Below, one piece after another: positions 60,343 to 64,000 of a DNA stretch of 64,000 nt (within the stretch, counting starts at the first letter, position 1; the number at the start of each line of letters is the position of its first letter). The DNA comes from Planctomycetota bacterium (GTDB taxonomy: Bacteria; Planctomycetota; GCA-002687715; DRQF01). The stretch spans positions 66,740 to 130,739 of the forward strand of contig JACKGY010000008.1 of assembly GCA_020639295.1 (NCBI GenBank). The letters are read 5' to 3'. Position numbers and translations under genes: made by a program. The notes beneath the pieces were generated by a model that worked only from the letters and a program-made list of their open reading frames with translations, ran no database searches and was not told the DNA's origin.

Positions 60343-60900
60343 TCAGTGCCCGGGACCGGCCCCGCCGGCCGGCTCGACCGGCCTGGATTCGCTCACGGGC
60401 GGGCGGCTCAGGCGTTCGGCCAGGGCCCTGGCCTCGACCCCGCCATGGCGACGCAGGGCGCGGAGGACCGCCTCCGGTTCCGAACGATGGGCCCGCTCGA
60501 GGTCCGCCAGGACATCCGGAGCGCGGGTCGCGCCGAGCAGCTCGACGAGCAGGGGCCTGAGCCGCGGGTCGAGGTCGACCGCCTCCAGGCGCTCACGCAC
60601 CGCGCCGGCGTCCTCGGGCCGGACGTAGAGGACGCATTTCTCGAGCAGGCCAGGCAGTTCGCGGGCCAGCTCGGCCTCGCCGGCCGAGGCCACCAGCAGG
60701 GCCAGGCGGTCGAGGCCCCGGCGAAAGGCCTGGTCGGGACCGAGTTCGCGCCGGGCGCCGAGCGGAACCCAGCTCTCGGCGGCCACCGGCTCCCGGGATC
60801 GCTTCCGGGCCATGTGCTCGGTGTTGAGCAGCACGCCGGCCATCACCACCATGACGCCCGCGAGGGCGGCGACCGTGATGAGTGAGCGGTAGGGATGCAT
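60343..60900 (-). CDS. Hypothetical membrane-anchored protein
   Basis: GGAGG lies 5 nt before ATG 60900. N-terminal TM segment LITVAALAGVMVVMAGVLL. The remainder is a helical Leu/Arg/Glu-rich region with no recognisable domain. Confidence 0.55.
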   Translation of the reverse strand: MHPYRSLITVAALAGVMVVMAGVLLNTEHMARKRSREPVAAESWVPLGARRELGPDQAFRRGLDRLALLVASAGEAELARELPGLLEKCVLYVRPEDAGAVRERLEAVDLDPRLRPLLVELLGATRAPDVLADLERAHRSEPEAVLRALRRHGGVEARALAERLSRPPVSESRPVEPAGGAGPGH

Positions 60901-60971
60901 CCGGACCTCCAGCTTCGGGCGCTTTCCTCCGGATCTATCGGTCGCCGCGCCACTTGGCTGTAGCCCTCTCG

Positions 60972-61142
60972 CCGGCCGGCGGCCGGCGGACCTGCCGGCT
61001 GGGCAGCCGGCGCTCCGAGGCGCCGTCGATGGCAGTCGGGCATGGGCTGCGCGGCCGGCGCTGCGCGGTCCGGTCGGAGCTTGGCTGCGCAGCGGGCGCT
61101 GCGCGGTCCGGTCGGAGCTTGGCTGCGCGGCCGGCGCTGCGA
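60972..61142. repeat. REP-like intergenic palindromic repeat cluster (locus B)
   Basis: 60972-61017 is the near-perfect reverse complement of 34779-34825. It is followed by 2.6 tandem copies of a 38-bp unit GGCTGCGC(G/A)GC(C/G)GGCGCTGCGCGGTCCGGTCGGAGCTT at 61045, 61083 and 61121. That unit shares the GGCGCTGCGCGGTCC core with locus A. Confidence 0.8.
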
Positions 61143-61155
61143 GTTGGCGGGGCCG

Positions 61156-64000
61156 CTACTCGGCGGCTTCGGCGGTCCGGCCGCCCGGGTCCTGGGCCTC
61201 GGCCGCGACGTTCAGGTCGACCAGCAGCTCGGAAGCCACGAGCCGCTCTCCGGCCGCCTTGGCCTTCCCGTTGCCGTTGCCCTTCCCCTTGCCATGACCG
61301 TTGCCGTTGACCTCGCCGTCGCCGCCGGTCGAACCATCCTGTTCGGCCCCGCGCGCGGGGCCACGATGGCCCTCCTCGTCACCGGGCTCGCCGGTGTCGT
61401 CGATCTCCTCCCGCGCCTTGCCCTGAGCCCGGGCCCGACGCTCACGCGCCCCCCGTTTCTGCTCGGCCTCGGCGCCGCTGCGCTCGACGAAGCTGCCGTC
61501 GTCGGCGACGTCCTCGAAACGCACGCCGACGTGGCGACTGACGCCGCGCTCGCCCATGGTGACGCCGAAGAGGACGTCGGCCCGGGCCATGGTCCGCCGG
61601 CTATGGGTGATGAGGATGAACTGGGTGCGATCCAGGAACTCGTCGAGGAGCAGGCAGAAGCGCTCGGTGTTGTCCTCGTCGAGGGCGGCATCCACCTCGT
61701 CCATGAGGCAGCAGGGACAGGGATGGGCCCGGATGATCGAGAACAGGAGCGCGACCGCGGTCAGGGTCCGCTCGCCGCCGGAGAGCAAGGTGATGCTGCG
61801 TGCCTCCTTGCCGGGCGGACGGGCGGTGATCTCGATGCCCGACTCGAGCACGTTCTCCGGCTCGACCAGGGTGATGTCGGCCCGGCCACCACCGAAGAGC
61901 TTGCGGAACATCACCTGGAAGTGCTCGCGCACGCGCTCGAAGGTCTCGACGAAGAGGCGGGTCGATTCGGCCTCGATGTCGCGCAGGATGCGGACCAGGA
62001 GCTGCTTGGAGTGCTGCAGGTCGTTGCGCTGGGCGACCAGGAACTCGAGCCGTTCCTCGACCTCCCTGAGGTCGTCGATGGCCTGGAGGTTGACGTTGCC
62101 CAGCTTGCGCAGCATGGCCCGCCGTTCCTCGAGTTCGGCCTCGATCGCCTTCCAGTCCACGTTCTCGGCCGGGACGTAGTCCCGGTGCAGGGCGACGAGG
62201 TCGAGTTCGAGTTCGTCGTGGACGTGCTCGACCAGGCCCTCCATGGTCACCCGCAACTCGTTCTCGCGCACGTCCAGCTTGTGGAGCTTGTCGGCCAGCT
62301 CGCCCAGGTCCTGCTCCACGTCGGCGAGCTGCCGGGCGAGATCCTGGTGCTGCCGGCGAACGGTCCCGACCTGTTCCTCGAGACCACCGATCGACTCGCG
62401 CGAGCCGCTCAGCTCCTTCTCGAGTTCCTCGGCCTTCTTCTCCTCGTCGCCGACCGAGGCCGCGGTGCGCTCGCGATCACCGGCGAAGGTGCTCAGTTCC
62501 TCGCGGTAACGGGCAATGGCCCGCTCGGCATCGGAACGTCGGGTCTCGAGATGCTCCAGCGAGCTGGCCAGGCCATGGAGCCGCTGCGAGGCCGTGGCCA
62601 TGCCGACGCGTTCGCGTTCGAGAACCTGCACGGCCTCGTCCAGCTCGGCCCTGATCTGGTCGCGATCGTCGCTGCTGCGGCTCCGGTCGTCACGCGCGCG
62701 GTCGACGAGGCCGGTGACCTCGTCGAGGGCGCTCTTGTTGCGCTCCTTCTCGACCTCGAGCTCGGCGATGCGCTTGGCGGCCTCGGCGCGCCGGGTGCCG
62801 AGACGCTGGAACTCGAGCTGAAGACGGTCGAGCTGCTTGGCGATGGCCTCGGACTCGTGGTCGAGACCGCGCTTCGTGCTCTCGTCCGCCTGGACGCGGG
62901 CCTCGGTCTCGCGGTATTCGGTCTTGAGGCCCTCACGCTCCAGCCGCAGGGCCTCGATCTCGCCGGCCAGCTCCTCCAGCCGGACCTTCAGATCTTCGCG
63001 CTGACCCCGCAGCCGCTCCAGCTCGGAACGCACCGCGACCTGACCGCGCCGGCCCTTCTTGCTGCCGGTGACGAAGATCCGGCCATCGCGGACCAGGGCG
63101 CCGCCGGTGGTCACCAGCAGGCTGCCGGTGCTCAGACCGCGCTCGATCCGGGCCGCGATGGCCTCGGGCTCGACCACGTCGAGACCGCCGAGCAGGGTGG
63201 CGAGCACCCTCTGTCCGGCCTCGTCTCCAGCGCTGACGCCGGCGGGCAAGGCCGCGCCGGCGGTCGGGAAGGCCTCGAGGGCGAGGAAGGCGGCGCGACC
63301 GCGACCGCCCTCGCCGAGGAAGGCGGCTCCCTCCAGTGCTTCGGCGACGGTCGTCACCACGATCGCCTGGGCCAGCTCGCCCAGCGCGGCCTCGAAGGCG
63401 TCGGCCAGCTCGAGGTCGGCCTGGAACAGGTCGATCAGCAGGCCGCGGAAGCCGGGCAGGAAGTCGGCGCGCTTCTTGCGCTCGGCGAGCACGCTCTTCA
63501 CGCCCTCGTCGAGACCCTCCTGGCGGCTGATGTGTCCCTCGAGGGCATCGATGCGTCCCACCACCTTGGAACGCTCGTTGAGCAGGCGGTTGTTCTCCTC
63601 GCCGAGGCTCGCCGAGCGCGCATCCAGTTCCTCGCGCCGGGCACGCAGCCGCGCCACCTCGGCGCGACCGGCCACGAGCTTCTCGTTGGCGGCCTCGAGG
63701 CGCTGGCCCAGCTCGACCCGGTGGGTCTCGAGCTGGTCCTTCTCGCGCTGCCGTTCCGCCAGGCCCTCGTCCGATCGTTCGACCTCGTCGGCCCAGCGGC
63801 GCTCGTCGGCCTCGATCCGGGCGTGCTGGCGATCGAGATCCGCCTGGCGGCGCACCAGGGAGTCGACCGACTCGGCCGCCTTCTTGACGTCGCCCTCGAC
63901 CCGATTCATGCGCTCGCGCAGCTCGCGGACGCTGCCCTCGGCGGTCGTCAACGCGGTCTTCATCGCGCCGAGGTTCGCCTCGAGCTCGGCCTTCTCGCGT
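61156..64000 (-). CDS. smc: Chromosome segregation protein SMC (C-terminal ~948 aa; 5' end outside the window) with a low-complexity C-terminal tail
   Basis: The frame stays open to base 64000. Long coiled coils, a hinge-like region (GFRGLLIDLF...), signature LSGGERTLTAVALLFSI, Walker B CLMDEVDAALD and D-loop are present. About 125 aa follow the head domain, including NGNGHGKGKGNGNGKAKA. Confidence 0.9.
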   Translation of the reverse strand, partial: REKAELEANLGAMKTALTTAEGSVRELRERMNRVEGDVKKAAESVDSLVRRQADLDRQHARIEADERRWADEVERSDEGLAERQREKDQLETHRVELGQRLEAANEKLVAGRAEVARLRARREELDARSASLGEENNRLLNERSKVVGRIDALEGHISRQEGLDEGVKSVLAERKKRADFLPGFRGLLIDLFQADLELADAFEAALGELAQAIVVTTVAEALEGAAFLGEGGRGRAAFLALEAFPTAGAALPAGVSAGDEAGQRVLATLLGGLDVVEPEAIAARIERGLSTGSLLVTTGGALVRDGRIFVTGSKKGRRGQVAVRSELERLRGQREDLKVRLEELAGEIEALRLEREGLKTEYRETEARVQADESTKRGLDHESEAIAKQLDRLQLEFQRLGTRRAEAAKRIAELEVEKERNKSALDEVTGLVDRARDDRSRSSDDRDQIRAELDEAVQVLERERVGMATASQRLHGLASSLEHLETRRSDAERAIARYREELSTFAGDRERTAASVGDEEKKAEELEKELSGSRESIGGLEEQVGTVRRQHQDLARQLADVEQDLGELADKLHKLDVRENELRVTMEGLVEHVHDELELDLVALHRDYVPAENVDWKAIEAELEERRAMLRKLGNVNLQAIDDLREVEERLEFLVAQRNDLQHSKQLLVRILRDIEAESTRLFVETFERVREHFQVMFRKLFGGGRADITLVEPENVLESGIEITARPPGKEARSITLLSGGERTLTAVALLFSIIRAHPCPCCLMDEVDAALDEDNTERFCLLLDEFLDRTQFILITHSRRTMARADVLFGVTMGERGVSRHVGVRFEDVADDGSFVERSGAEAEQKRGARERRARAQGKAREEIDDTGEPGDEEGHRGPARGAEQDGSTGGDGEVNGNGHGKGKGNGNGKAKAAGERLVASELLVDLNVAAEAQDPGGRTAEAAE

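Overview
This is a very GC-rich window, roughly 70% by eye, from the chromosome of a diderm bacterium. The gene content looks Planctomycetota- or Myxococcota-like: a GFTLIELMIVVAII-type pilin, Ser/Thr-kinase-FGE fusions, and HEAT, TPR and pentapeptide proteins. The taxon cannot be fixed from sequence alone.

I support about 41 protein genes, one tRNA-Cys, seven GC-rich hairpin terminators and three repeat loci. No transposase, integrase, CRISPR array or recognisable defence gene was seen.

**Layout**
- **1-16.1 kb, cell-envelope block:**
  - a glycosidase-like gene
  - a 1,040-aa beta-solenoid repeat lipoprotein, divergent from an alginate-export-type outer-membrane barrel
  - a 1,729-aa tandem-kinase membrane protein with an FGE-like C-terminus
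  - a membrane protein
  - a secreted PPC-domain protein
- **16-22.7 kb, housekeeping:** CaCA antiporter, tRNA-Cys, ETF-QO, a HEAT-repeat protein and TatD.
- **22.8-54.9 kb, type IV pilus genes in four separate clusters:**
  - pilA-TPR-pilC-pilT
  - pilD with an OmpA-like gene
  - pilU-like with a PDZ/GspC-like gene
  - pilM-pilN-pilO/P-pilQ
  - Interspersed genes: GH78 rhamnosidase, an EF-G2-like paralog, a second large lipoprotein, pyrB, an mnmE-like gene, coaX, obg-rpmA-rplU, RNase G and a second kinase-FGE protein.
- **55-64 kb:** ptsI-ptsH-yvcK-hpf, truA, a pentapeptide protein, a small membrane protein and the 3' part of smc.

**Main second-look items**
- The tandem-kinase giant protein.
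- The beta-solenoid lipoprotein and porin pair.
- Triplicated 59-60 bp repeats upstream of the pilin gene.
- A REP-like palindromic element shared by two intergenic regions.
- A PyrB fused to a PyrI-type zinc domain.
- A PilO-PilP fusion.

I found nothing I can defend as a complete new multi-gene system. All family assignments come from motif recognition by eye, with no searches run. The many long antisense ORFs in the track are GC artefacts.
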